Shown here: one piece after another, positions 19,232-28,607 of the stretch
Layout of the letters: the number at the start of each line of letters is the position of its first letter
Numbering within the stretch: the stretch's first letter is position 1
DNA from: an uncultured Bacilli bacterium
Lineage (GTDB): Bacteria > Bacillota_I > Bacilli_A > RF39 > UBA660
Assembly: GCA_934130375.1 (NCBI GenBank)
Contig: CAKOXW010000001.1
Span: 328,067-392,066, forward strand
Direction of reading: 5' to 3'
Length of the DNA stretch: 64,000 nt
Notes under the pieces: model-generated
Seen by the model: the letters and a program-made list of their open reading frames with translations, nothing else
Told to the model about the DNA's origin: nothing
The model's database searches: none
Program-made: the position numbers and the translations under genes

Positions 19232-20200
19232 TTGAAATTATTTGATGAAGTTAAACCAATATATTATATTGACAAAGAAATGGAAAATTTATTGCAAGAT
19301 ATAAATGAAAAGATTAAAAGCATAAATATTAATGATAAACAAAAAAGAAAATACATGATTTCAAAATCTAAAATAAGGTCTATCCATTCTTCACTTGCAA
19401 TAGAAGATAATTCATTGTCTTTATTTGATGTAGAAAATATATCAGAAAATAAACGAGTATTTGGCAAAAAAAATGAAGTTCAAGAAGTTAAAAATGCAAT
19501 TGAGGCATACAATAACATAAATGATTACAATTATAAAAGCGAAAAAGATTTATTAAAAGTACACCAGTTAATGATGAAATACTTTGATGAGGATAATGGT
19601 AATTATAGAAACCATGGTGAAGGAGTTAAAAGAGGAAACGAAATAATATACATGGCACCTAATTCCATTTTGGTTCCATCTTTGATGAACAGCTTATTTG
19701 AATATATAAGTAGCAGTAATTTAAATATTATTATTTTATCTGCAATTTTCCATTATTACTTTGTTGCTATTCATCCTTTTTCGGATGGAAACGGAAGATG
19801 TGCTAGATTTTGGGTAACATTAATGTTAATAAATTATGATAAATGTTTTGAATTTATACCATTAGAAGAAGAAATATACTTAAATCAAGAAAAATATTAT
19901 TCATCAATTGCGGAATGCCATAATAACGGAAATGCTAATATTTTTATAAAGTTTATTTTAAAAACAATTAATACATCAATAGATAAATTAATAAAAAGTA
20001 GTAATTTTGTTCTAAATGACATGCAAAATAGAATTATTGAATTGATTACAAACAATAATAAAATAACGCAAAATGAAATGGCTAGTGTAATTGGTGTTAA
20101 CGTAAGAACTATTAAAAGAAATTTTAAAATATTAATTGATAATTTAGTCATTGAAAGAATTGGCTCTGACAAAACAGGTTACTGGCATATATTAAAGTAA
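19232..20200 (+). CDS. Fic family protein (Fido domain, probable AMPylase) with C-terminal wHTH
   Basis: Fic motif HPFSDGNGRCARFW. TTG start. 322 aa. Confidence 0.8.
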   Translation: MKLFDEVKPIYYIDKEMENLLQDINEKIKSININDKQKRKYMISKSKIRSIHSSLAIEDNSLSLFDVENISENKRVFGKKNEVQEVKNAIEAYNNINDYNYKSEKDLLKVHQLMMKYFDEDNGNYRNHGEGVKRGNEIIYMAPNSILVPSLMNSLFEYISSSNLNIIILSAIFHYYFVAIHPFSDGNGRCARFWVTLMLINYDKCFEFIPLEEEIYLNQEKYYSSIAECHNNGNANIFIKFILKTINTSIDKLIKSSNFVLNDMQNRIIELITNNNKITQNEMASVIGVNVRTIKRNFKILIDNLVIERIGSDKTGYWHILK

Positions 20201-20202
20201 AA

Positions 20203-20226
20203 AAAAGATGAAACAAATCATCTTTT
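20203..20226. terminator. Bidirectional intrinsic terminator between the convergent Fic gene and the 20226..20642 gene
   Basis: AAAAAAGAUGA-AACAAA-UCAUCUUUUU. Confidence 0.5.
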
Positions 20227-20642
20227 TAAATGCTATAAGTATCATTATATCTAAATTCTTCATTAAATATAAACTCTTCTTCATCACTATCAATATAACC
20301 AAGTATATATTCATTAGGTAAATAATAATTTGGTCTATCATCTAAATTCCACTCATTTGGTATATAGTCCACTTTACGAACTGCATCATTAATATCTTCT
20401 TTTGCTATACCAATTATTACAAGGTTACCATTTTCTCTATAAGTACCCTTCATACCTTTTTCACCTTTTGAATAAGATATTGGGTCCTTATAAAATTCAT
20501 CTGGTAATTCAATCATTGTTGTATATAATTCTCTTTCTACCATATATAAACCCTCATCTAATATTTCATTACAATCAGTATTAGTAACATGATAGAAATA
20601 TCTAATATCTTCTTTTTCTAAAAATTCATTTAATAAATCCAT
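20226..20642 (-). CDS. Hypothetical acidic protein (138 aa), translationally coupled to serS
   Basis: Its start is 1 nt after the serS stop. N-terminal YFYHVTN..ILDEGL motif, acidic C-terminus. Confidence 0.4.
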   Translation of the reverse strand: MDLLNEFLEKEDIRYFYHVTNTDCNEILDEGLYMVERELYTTMIELPDEFYKDPISYSKGEKGMKGTYRENGNLVIIGIAKEDINDAVRKVDYIPNEWNLDDRPNYYLPNEYILGYIDSDEEEFIFNEEFRYNDTYSI

Positions 20643-20643
20643 A

Positions 20644-21927
20644 TTATTTACACTCTATCTTCTCTATTCCACCCATATATGGTCTTAGAACTTCTGGAAT
20701 AGTTATACTTCCATCTTCATTATAATTATTTTCAATAAATGCAATTAATGCTCTTGTTGATGCTAAAACGGTATTGTTAAGAGTATGTAAATAATAATTA
20801 CCATTTTGTCCTTTTGCTCTTATACCAAGTCTTCTTGCTTGAGCATCACCTAGAGTTGAACATGAACCTACTTCAAAATACTTTTGCTGTCTTGGGCTCC
20901 ATGCTTCTACATCACAAGATTTTACTTTTAAATCTGCTAAATCACCACTGCAACACTCAAGTTGCCTTACTGGAATATTCATACTTGTAAATATTTCAAC
21001 AGTATATCTCCACATTTTTTCGTACCATTCCATACTTTCTTCAGGCTTACATAAAACAATCATTTCTTGTTTTTCAAATTGATGAACTCTATAAATACCA
21101 CGTTCTTCAATTCCATGTGCTCCAACTTCTTTTCTAAAGCATGGAGAATATGAAGTCATAGTAATTGGTAATTTTGCCTCATCTATTAATTCACCTTTAA
21201 ATTTACCAATCATAGAATGTTCTGATGTTCCGATTAAGAATAAATCTTCACCCTCTATTTTATACATCATAGCATCCATTTCTTTAAATGACATAACTCC
21301 ATTAACAACATCACTTCTAATCATAAATGGAGGTATGCAATAAATAAATCCTTTATTAATCATAAAATCTCTAGCATACGCAAGCATAGCAGATGATAAT
21401 CTAGCAATATCTCCCATTAGATAATAAAAACCATTACCTGAAGTTCTTGCAGATGCATCTTTATCAAGACCATTTAACTTATTCATAATATCTGCATGAT
21501 ATGGTATTTCATAACTTGGTACTTTTGCATCTAAAAATCTTTGTACTTCAACATTCTCACTATCATCTTTACCAATTGGTACAGAAGCATCAATTATATT
21601 AGGTATTTTATACATAATATTTTTTATTTTTTCTTCAAGTTCTGCTTCTTCTACTTCAATACTTTCAAGTTCTTTATTAATTAAAACTACTTTATCTTTA
21701 AGTTTTAAACCTTCTTCTTTTTTACCCTCACGCATTAAAGCACCAATATTATCACTAATAGAATTTCTATCTTTTCTATCATTGTCTGCCTTAACTTTTA
21801 ACTCTCTATACCTTTTATCAAGTTCATATACTTCATCAACTAAAGGTAATTTTTCATCTTGAAATTTTTTCTTAATATTTTCTTTTACTAAATCCCTATT
21901 TTCTCTTATTAATTTAATATCTATCAT
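20644..21927 (-). CDS. serS: Seryl-tRNA synthetase
   Basis: N-terminal coiled coil, class II aaRS motifs. The start is probably MIDIKLIR (ATG at 21927), preceded by GGGAGGA. The ORF track extends to 21939. Confidence 0.9.
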   Translation of the reverse strand: MIDIKLIRENRDLVKENIKKKFQDEKLPLVDEVYELDKRYRELKVKADNDRKDRNSISDNIGALMREGKKEEGLKLKDKVVLINKELESIEVEEAELEEKIKNIMYKIPNIIDASVPIGKDDSENVEVQRFLDAKVPSYEIPYHADIMNKLNGLDKDASARTSGNGFYYLMGDIARLSSAMLAYARDFMINKGFIYCIPPFMIRSDVVNGVMSFKEMDAMMYKIEGEDLFLIGTSEHSMIGKFKGELIDEAKLPITMTSYSPCFRKEVGAHGIEERGIYRVHQFEKQEMIVLCKPEESMEWYEKMWRYTVEIFTSMNIPVRQLECCSGDLADLKVKSCDVEAWSPRQQKYFEVGSCSTLGDAQARRLGIRAKGQNGNYYLHTLNNTVLASTRALIAFIENNYNEDGSITIPEVLRPYMGGIEKIECK

Positions 21928-21939
21928 AAATCCTCCCAT

Positions 21940-22133
21940 AAAATAAAAAAGGACAATACCATAGGAACGAATTATCGTGGTACCATCCTAAATTATACTT
22001 AATTAAATAACGGTTTTTAACCGGGCACAAAGCCACTCTGGAGTAGATTCATAAACTCATATAACTAATTTTCACCAACCATTAGTTCTCTTTGATATAC
22101 TCATTTACTACTATGTTCCATCAACGTTTTACA
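21940..22133 (-). promoter_or_regulatory. T-box riboswitch leader (Ser specifier candidate UCU) with terminator
   Basis: Minus-strand T-box sequence AAUUUAGGAUGGUACCACG (plus 21975-21993). Terminator GAUGGUACCA...UGGUAUUGUC plus U6. Stem I AGAGA (plus tctct 22087-22091) and CCAGAGUGG. Possible TTGACA-17-TATTAT promoter at 22140-22168. Confidence 0.7.
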
Positions 22134-22147
22134 TATAAATAATACAT

Positions 22148-22717
22148 TTATTTATCAATATTGTCAATATCAGTACTTAAATAATCAGCAAGTTTATAGT
22201 ATGCATCAGTATTCCATAAACTAAATCTTTCTTTATCAGGATAATTTGCAAGAGTTTTATCGCATCCATCAGGTATAAAGATAAAATCCCAACTCCATCC
22301 ATATTTACCACTTTTCTCTTTTGCAATCGTACCCTTAGTTATCGATTTAAATACAACAGGTTCACAACCATATTTACAATATGCGAACGCTTCTACAAAA
22401 GATGCTCTTCTATTTTCAATACCATCTAGTAGTTTTAATATGCAATCTTCTCCTAATAAATCATCCACATAATGAGTATATGGTCCAGGAAAACCATTTA
22501 GAGCATCTACATATAAACCACTATCATTTTTTAAAACATCACATTTTAATTTACTACTTGCTTCCTTGGCAGAATACATTGCAACCTCTTCTACAGTATT
22601 TGCTTGAATTTCAGTAGTATCCATCTTAACATTATCAATTTCAAAACCAAGAGGACTAAGTATGTTTTTAGCACTTTCTAACTTAGCCCAATTTCCTGTT
22701 ACATATGTTATTTTCAT
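22148..22717 (-). CDS. Non-canonical purine NTP pyrophosphatase (Ham1/RdgB family ITPase)
   Basis: MKITYVTGNWAK...DSGLYVDALNGFPGPY pattern of the Ham1 family. 189 aa. Confidence 0.7.
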   Translation of the reverse strand: MKITYVTGNWAKLESAKNILSPLGFEIDNVKMDTTEIQANTVEEVAMYSAKEASSKLKCDVLKNDSGLYVDALNGFPGPYTHYVDDLLGEDCILKLLDGIENRRASFVEAFAYCKYGCEPVVFKSITKGTIAKEKSGKYGWSWDFIFIPDGCDKTLANYPDKERFSLWNTDAYYKLADYLSTDIDNIDK

Positions 22718-22718
22718 A

Positions 22719-23843
22719 TTACCTACTTTCTAAAACAATTAATGGAACTGTCATTTCTTCTTTTGAAATACCTCCATGGTCCGCAATTAAAGGAGGCTCT
22801 TTTACACCATCAATTGAATATCCTACACTTTTTTTCTTATAAAATACTAAAGTATAATCTCCAAGGTAATCATTTATATTTTGATGTTGTTTTCCTTTAC
22901 CAAACAATCCACTATCCAAAAATTTCTTTTTAGTGTACAAGATATATTCACCTTCAAAATATTTATTCATTGCATTTTTAAATTTATTCTTCATACCCTT
23001 TTTTATAAAAAATGTAACAATTCTTGTTTCAATAGAAGGTGGCATTTTTAAGCAATCATTTATCTCTGGTATTTCATTTATATATATTTCATCAACATTA
23101 ACTGCACCATGGTCTGCAGAAATAATTACAACACTATCTTCTAATTTATCAACTAAGTTTTTTAAATTATTTTCAATATTTTCTAACACTTCTTTAACAC
23201 AACTACATTTAACACCATTATGATGAATTGTATGGTCTGGTTCATTCCAATAAGCAGATATCAAATTTCTATCGTTGTTATTGCAATGATTTTTTATTTT
23301 ATTACATAAATCTTTAAAATCTTCTGCACCATCTTTTTGAATATTTTTCGGAAATACTTTATGAAATTTTATATTCTTATTTTTATTGCATATCTTCTCA
23401 TAAATAGTTTCGTACTCCAAGTTAATACTTTCAGGTCTTTCTATAATTTGTTTTCTTGTATAGAAATCTTTACCAGAGAATAATTCAATTATACTATTAT
23501 ATTTTTTAAAATAAGGCATCCAACCTACCCAACCATTTTCTAAAGGTGATAAACCAGAGTGAAATGCAGTTGTTGCAGCAGCAGTAGTTGGTGGATATAC
23601 AGATGTCACACTTGTTACTATATTTTTTCTTAACAAAGAGTTTTCATCCAAATTTTTTTCAATAATATCAGTACCTAAACAATCTAATATTAAGAATATT
23701 ACATTTCTATATTTTTTTCTTAATATATTATCAAGTTCACTTAATGACTTATAATTAGATTTAACATCATAATTTTTAAGTATTGATGAACTAATTGATA
23801 AAATACTTCTATCATAATTTGGAAAACATATATTTTTATTCAT
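22719..23843 (-). CDS. Alkaline-phosphatase superfamily metalloenzyme (phosphodiesterase/phosphomutase-like)
   Basis: ILDCLGTD, metal-ligand region VTSVYPPTTAAATTAFHSG, ISADHGA and ADHGG motifs. Confidence 0.6.
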   Translation of the reverse strand: MNKNICFPNYDRSILSISSSILKNYDVKSNYKSLSELDNILRKKYRNVIFLILDCLGTDIIEKNLDENSLLRKNIVTSVTSVYPPTTAAATTAFHSGLSPLENGWVGWMPYFKKYNSIIELFSGKDFYTRKQIIERPESINLEYETIYEKICNKNKNIKFHKVFPKNIQKDGAEDFKDLCNKIKNHCNNNDRNLISAYWNEPDHTIHHNGVKCSCVKEVLENIENNLKNLVDKLEDSVVIISADHGAVNVDEIYINEIPEINDCLKMPPSIETRIVTFFIKKGMKNKFKNAMNKYFEGEYILYTKKKFLDSGLFGKGKQHQNINDYLGDYTLVFYKKKSVGYSIDGVKEPPLIADHGGISKEEMTVPLIVLESR

Positions 23844-23888
23844 TTAATCATCTCCTAACACTTTTATATTTTCAAATTTTTTTAAAAA

Positions 23889-24569
23889 TTAATTTATTAA
23901 CTTATTTTTTATACAATTAATTTCTTCATTAGAAAGTCCAATAATATTTAAATAATTTTGTATATTATCATATTTTTCATAAAATAATTCAATTGTTTTT
24001 TCCATTGTTTCCATTTCGCTTCTATTTACAAAGAACGGAACATCATAATTTTTATTGTGTTCTTTTCTAGCAAGCATTCTTATATATGTATAACTGACTT
24101 CATAGTCAGCAATAATATCATCATCGTATACATCTGCAAGCATCAAAAGAAGCATGCTAATAATTCCTGTCCTATCTTTCCCTGCTCTGCAATTATAAAT
24201 AACTCCACCTTTAGAATTAGCAATTGTTTTAAATACTAACTTAATGTTATCATAATCATTTATTATATTCATATAACAATTAGGAAAATCATCTTGAGAT
24301 TTAAAAAATTTATTGCCAACTAAATTAATATTATAATAATCAAAATAATCTTTTAAACAATTAGGATTACTAATGCATTCGTCTTTTTTTCTTAAATCAA
24401 TTACTGTCGTGAAATTATTATCTTTTAAAAATTTTATACCATTATCAGTAATATTTGTTGGTAAATCACTTCTAATAAATCTAAGTAATTTTACCTCAAT
24501 ACCATCTTTATTAATAATCCAACCAAGGTCTCTTAAATTGTTATTAGTACCTATCTTATATCTTTTCAT
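23889..24569 (-). CDS. Protein-tyrosine/dual-specificity phosphatase-like protein
   Basis: CX5R P-loop NCRAGKDRTG. Confidence 0.65.
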   Translation of the reverse strand: MKRYKIGTNNNLRDLGWIINKDGIEVKLLRFIRSDLPTNITDNGIKFLKDNNFTTVIDLRKKDECISNPNCLKDYFDYYNINLVGNKFFKSQDDFPNCYMNIINDYDNIKLVFKTIANSKGGVIYNCRAGKDRTGIISMLLLMLADVYDDDIIADYEVSYTYIRMLARKEHNKNYDVPFFVNRSEMETMEKTIELFYEKYDNIQNYLNIIGLSNEEINCIKNKLIN

Positions 24570-24583
24570 TATTGCACCCCCTT

Positions 24584-26023
24584 TTATTTCTTAATATGTT
24601 CCTTTATTTTACTTTTTGCTAGACTTGTTTTAGCAATATCTAACCAGTCCTCTCTAGGACCATAAGATAACTCATTTGTAACTATTCTTACTCTATCTTT
24701 ATTTTGAAGAACATAATGGGCAGGTACATATTCATCATTTACAAATGCTCCAACCATTGTATTACCAATATCTGTATCCAATTTATACGCATAATCTATT
24801 ACTGTTGAACCAATTGGTAATTCTATAATATCTCCTTTTGTTGTATATACATATATTTTATTTGCAAACAATTCATTTTTTACTTGATTTACAAATTGTT
24901 GATTATCTCCAAATATTGAATTTATTTCTATTAATGATTTAAAAAATTGATATTTTTGTTTTAAATCATCTTGCATTACATCTCTTGCTTTCCCTTTTTC
25001 TATATCCCAATATGCAGTTAGTCCAAAAGAAGCAATCTTATCCATATCAAATGTTCTTATTTGTGTTTGAACTAATCTATCTTCAGGACCAAAAACTGTT
25101 GTATGTAAACTTCTATACATATTAGTTTTCGGATTACATATATAATCTTTAAATTTATCATTTATTGGTTTATATTTACTATGCACTAAATACAAGCCAA
25201 TATAGCAATTCTCTATTTCATCTACCATTATCTTAAGTGCTAGTAAATCATGTATATCTGATAATTTATGTCCTTCTGATAATCTTTTATATATTCCATA
25301 AATATTCTTAGTTCTTACCTTTATTTCATTTGGTATATTTCTATCATTTAATAGTGTTTCAATCTTATATAGCATTTCTTTTAAAATATCACCAGAAGTC
25401 TCTTCTAATCTTATCTTTTTTTCCCCAATTCTTTTGTATACATCTGGTTTTAAATACTTTAAAGATAAATCTTCTAATTCAGATTTAATTCTATATGCTC
25501 CAATATAGTACGCAAGTGGGACAAATATTTCCATTGTCTCAAGTGAATTTTCTTTTTGCTTAAATTCAGATTTAAATTCTAATGTCCTCATATTATGAAG
25601 TCTATCTGCAAGTTTAATTATAATTATTCTTACATCATCCGTAATACCTGTTATAATTTTTCTAGTATTTGCATAATTTTGGTCTTGCTTAGAAGAAAAA
25701 TTCATTTTAGCAAGTTTAGTAACACCATCTACTAAATTAGCAACATTTTGATTAAAATCATGAGCAATATCTTCTTTCTTAATATTCGTATCTTCTAGAG
25801 TATCATGCAATAACCCTGCACACACAGTATCACTATCAGCATGCATTTCAGATAGAATATACGCAACATTAAGAGGATGACTTATATATGGTTCTCCACT
25901 TTGTCTTACTTGACCATTATGAAGATAACTTGCATAGTCATATGCCTTTTTAACATCACTTATTGCATCCGGATTATACTCACTTAAATTTTTTAACAAA
26001 TCATCAATTGTAATATTGCTCAT
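24584..26023 (-). CDS. Truncated RelA/SpoT-homologue (HD hydrolase, synthetase and TGS domains; no C-terminal ACT/RRM region), copy 1
   Basis: HD motif HPLNVAYIL..LLHDTLEDT. Synthetase YRSLHTTV. TGS-like IYVYTTKGDIIELP...RIVTN. 479 aa against about 730 for full-length Rel. Near-identical paralogue at 55533..56999. Confidence 0.8.
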   Translation of the reverse strand: MSNITIDDLLKNLSEYNPDAISDVKKAYDYASYLHNGQVRQSGEPYISHPLNVAYILSEMHADSDTVCAGLLHDTLEDTNIKKEDIAHDFNQNVANLVDGVTKLAKMNFSSKQDQNYANTRKIITGITDDVRIIIIKLADRLHNMRTLEFKSEFKQKENSLETMEIFVPLAYYIGAYRIKSELEDLSLKYLKPDVYKRIGEKKIRLEETSGDILKEMLYKIETLLNDRNIPNEIKVRTKNIYGIYKRLSEGHKLSDIHDLLALKIMVDEIENCYIGLYLVHSKYKPINDKFKDYICNPKTNMYRSLHTTVFGPEDRLVQTQIRTFDMDKIASFGLTAYWDIEKGKARDVMQDDLKQKYQFFKSLIEINSIFGDNQQFVNQVKNELFANKIYVYTTKGDIIELPIGSTVIDYAYKLDTDIGNTMVGAFVNDEYVPAHYVLQNKDRVRIVTNELSYGPREDWLDIAKTSLAKSKIKEHIKK

Positions 26024-26041
26024 ATTGCCTCCTTTGAATAG

Positions 26042-26084
26042 AAAAAATCGGCATCAAAACGCATAACACGTTTAGATACCGATT
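26042..26084 (-). terminator. Leader intrinsic terminator (attenuator) immediately upstream of the Rel copy 1 RBS
   Basis: Minus-strand AAUCGGUAUC-UAAACG-UGUUAUG-CGUUU-UGAUGCCGAUU plus U6, then AAAGGAGGCAAUAUG. Confidence 0.6.
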
Positions 26085-26173
26085 GCAACAACAAGATTAC
26101 AGCATGTAAAAAGAAAGCCTTTAAATTCATATTTCTTACAATTTTCTAATTCCACACTTAATCCCTTATTCAT
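26072..26173 (-). CDS. Leader peptide (33 aa) with its stop codon inside the terminator stem
   Basis: RBS GAGAGG, ATG, then MNKGLSVELENCKKYEFKGFLFTCCNLVVAIGI*. It is conserved in frame and register with the copy 2 leader ORF (M-KGL..E..CCN..IG-stop). A TTGACA-17-TAAATT promoter is upstream at about 26203-26231. Confidence 0.5.
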   Translation of the reverse strand: MNKGLSVELENCKKYEFKGFLFTCCNLVVAIGI

Positions 26174-26361
26174 ACAAAAACCTCTCTAATAAAATTAAGT
26201 CTAATTTATCATTTTTATACTTGTATGTCAACACATTTTTATTATTTTTTTACATAAAAATTCACTTGCAAATATATGTATTAAAACCATCTGTTTTACA
26301 AAATACTGTTATAAGAAAATTAGAATTATCTAAATAGTTTTATTCACTAGAAAAGCCTTCA

Positions 26362-26895
26362 TTATTTATCAAATTCTTCTTTTGCAAGTTTAATAATATT
26401 TTTTATAAATTCGTCTTTACCCTGTGTATATAATTTTCTTTCATTTGCATATTTGTTTGCCAAAGACACTTTTAAATCATTATATTCTTTTATATAATCA
26501 GGATGACTTAATAAATATTTCTTAAAATATAATTGATTAAAATAGGTATCACTATTCGTAGTAGTAAAATGTATATAATGACTTCTAGCATTATCAGGTC
26601 CTTTAGCAAAGAATATTCTGCCTATTACTCCTTGCTCTTTCCTATTTTCATAACTATATGGTTTTAATAGTTCTTCAATACAAGGTATCTCATTTAAAGA
26701 TTTAATAACTATTAAAATATCAATTATTGGTTTTGCTTTTAAACCAGGTATAGAAGTACTTCCAACATGGTGTATTTCTATTATTTTATCTTTAAGTACA
26801 CTTTTTAATAAGTTTTCTTCTTTTTTATATTCATTTTCCCAGTTTGGATTATAATCTTCTAATTTAACAATTCCTCTTTGTAAAGCCATAATCAT
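26362..26895 (-). CDS. GrpB family protein (nucleotidyltransferase-fold)
   Basis: HVGSTSIPGLKAKPIIDI motif typical of GrpB/DUF. Confidence 0.65.
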   Translation of the reverse strand: MIMALQRGIVKLEDYNPNWENEYKKEENLLKSVLKDKIIEIHHVGSTSIPGLKAKPIIDILIVIKSLNEIPCIEELLKPYSYENRKEQGVIGRIFFAKGPDNARSHYIHFTTTNSDTYFNQLYFKKYLLSHPDYIKEYNDLKVSLANKYANERKLYTQGKDEFIKNIIKLAKEEFDK

Positions 26896-27273
26896 CCTCC
26901 ATTTTAATATTCTAATTTATTTATTATTTTTTCATCTTTTGAATTAGCAAACAATCACAACACATGACATTGATTACAATATTCTTATTATCAACTATAA
27001 ACTCAATACTAGATATTTTTTAACAATATCATATAATTTGCAAGACAACAGAATATTTTTTATTACAGATGCTTTTATTTGGCTTATTGAGTGCCTTCCA
27101 TCAACATTATAATTAAAATGAATGTATAAATTTATGAACAGTTCATCTTTTATGCTGGGCAAACATCTTATTTTATCCCTAATCTTATTTAAGTATTTAT
27201 CTATAAAATTATAATCATTTAACTTTTGTTTTCCTATTTAATTGTACCTTTTAAACGATTTTATCATAACAAA

Positions 27274-28545
27274 TTATTTCCTTTTAACCTTATTTTTAAC
27301 CTCTGCATAATTTATAATCGGCAACAAAACTCTACTTAATTTTTCGCACATGTCTGCCTCATATACTTTTTCCTTACAAAAATCAGTTACTTGTATAGTT
27401 TTGATATTAGCACTTTTTGAAGATATTATTCCTCTTTTTGAATCTTCAAAAGCAATACAATTATCGCTCAAAACATTTAATGAGTTGAGCGCCATTTCAT
27501 ATGCATCAGGCGCAGGCTTAAGTCTTTCTACATCTTCTCTTGATACAATAACATCAAAAAGCGTTTCAAGTTTCAATTTATTTAATAACAAATCTATAAA
27601 CTTTCTTCTACTTGTACTTACAAGAGCCAAATTTAAACCCTTATTTTTTAGTTGTTTTAACAATTCAAAATTTATAGTCACTTCATTTTCATCTAATAAC
27701 TCTATAAACTTTTGCTCATACTTTAAATAAACTTTTTGCATAATCAATTCATCAGACACATCATAACCAATTATTTTATCTTCTTTTAATTTTTTTATTA
27801 AATTTGCATTTTGCTTTAATTCATTTTCCTCATATTCTTTATAAGTGATTAGATAATCATAATCAGTTTGTATTACTTCTCTAAAACTTTCAAAAAATTT
27901 TTTTTCACTATTTATTAATGTGCCATCCAAATCAAATAAAATAGTAGTTAATTTTTGTGGAGGCATAGCATTTGTAAAAGTTTTATATGCTGAAAAATCA
28001 CAATAAGGTGAATTTGCATTTTGAAAGTTCAGACTTTTAAATTTTAAAACAAATTCTTTTAACTTATCTTGTAAATAATCAACACTCAAATCATCTTTAC
28101 AATATAATAATTCATATTTAACAAATGTTCCAATGCCATCTACTGTATCAACCATTACATTATATTCAAAATCACCATCATTTTTAGAATATATTACTCT
28201 TGTTTTGTTTACAATGGAATAGCTTAAATAACCCAAAGAAAACAACAAATCACTAATACTTTCGTAATTAGAAATATCTACATTAATACTATTCACTGTC
28301 TTTCCATGATTATTTAAAAAATCCCTAGAAGCTCCTTTGAACGCAACTTCTAGATGTTTATTATCTGTAATACGCATCCTTAAACAAGACCTATTCTTTA
28401 TAAAATTGCCATTAATGTCCACAAAATATTCATCTATCTCAAATTCTTCTTTTACTTTTTTAAGTCCACATTTATTAATAGTACTTAATAATTCATTATA
28501 ACTATCACAATAAAATTTTTCTTCATTTTCAATTTTTTTACTCAT
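27274..28545 (-). CDS. CYTH (triphosphate tunnel metalloenzyme) domain fused to a HAD-superfamily hydrolase
   Basis: N-terminal E-x-E-x-K-F CYTH-like start and LRMRI. C-terminal HAD motif I LFDLDGTL, motif II VSTS, and a Lys/Asp pair. Confidence 0.55.
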   Translation of the reverse strand: MSKKIENEEKFYCDSYNELLSTINKCGLKKVKEEFEIDEYFVDINGNFIKNRSCLRMRITDNKHLEVAFKGASRDFLNNHGKTVNSINVDISNYESISDLLFSLGYLSYSIVNKTRVIYSKNDGDFEYNVMVDTVDGIGTFVKYELLYCKDDLSVDYLQDKLKEFVLKFKSLNFQNANSPYCDFSAYKTFTNAMPPQKLTTILFDLDGTLINSEKKFFESFREVIQTDYDYLITYKEYEENELKQNANLIKKLKEDKIIGYDVSDELIMQKVYLKYEQKFIELLDENEVTINFELLKQLKNKGLNLALVSTSRRKFIDLLLNKLKLETLFDVIVSREDVERLKPAPDAYEMALNSLNVLSDNCIAFEDSKRGIISSKSANIKTIQVTDFCKEKVYEADMCEKLSRVLLPIINYAEVKNKVKRK

Positions 28546-28607
28546 ATAAACCTCTTAATTTAATCTTCTATATTTCAAATATTGATTTAAAACTAATCTA
28601 AAATACA

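Noticed and set aside
26896-27273. 380-bp gap with an 80-codon open frame lacking any Met
   Set aside because: It has no start codon and no RBS, so it is probably a decayed gene remnant or noncoding. Not called as a feature.
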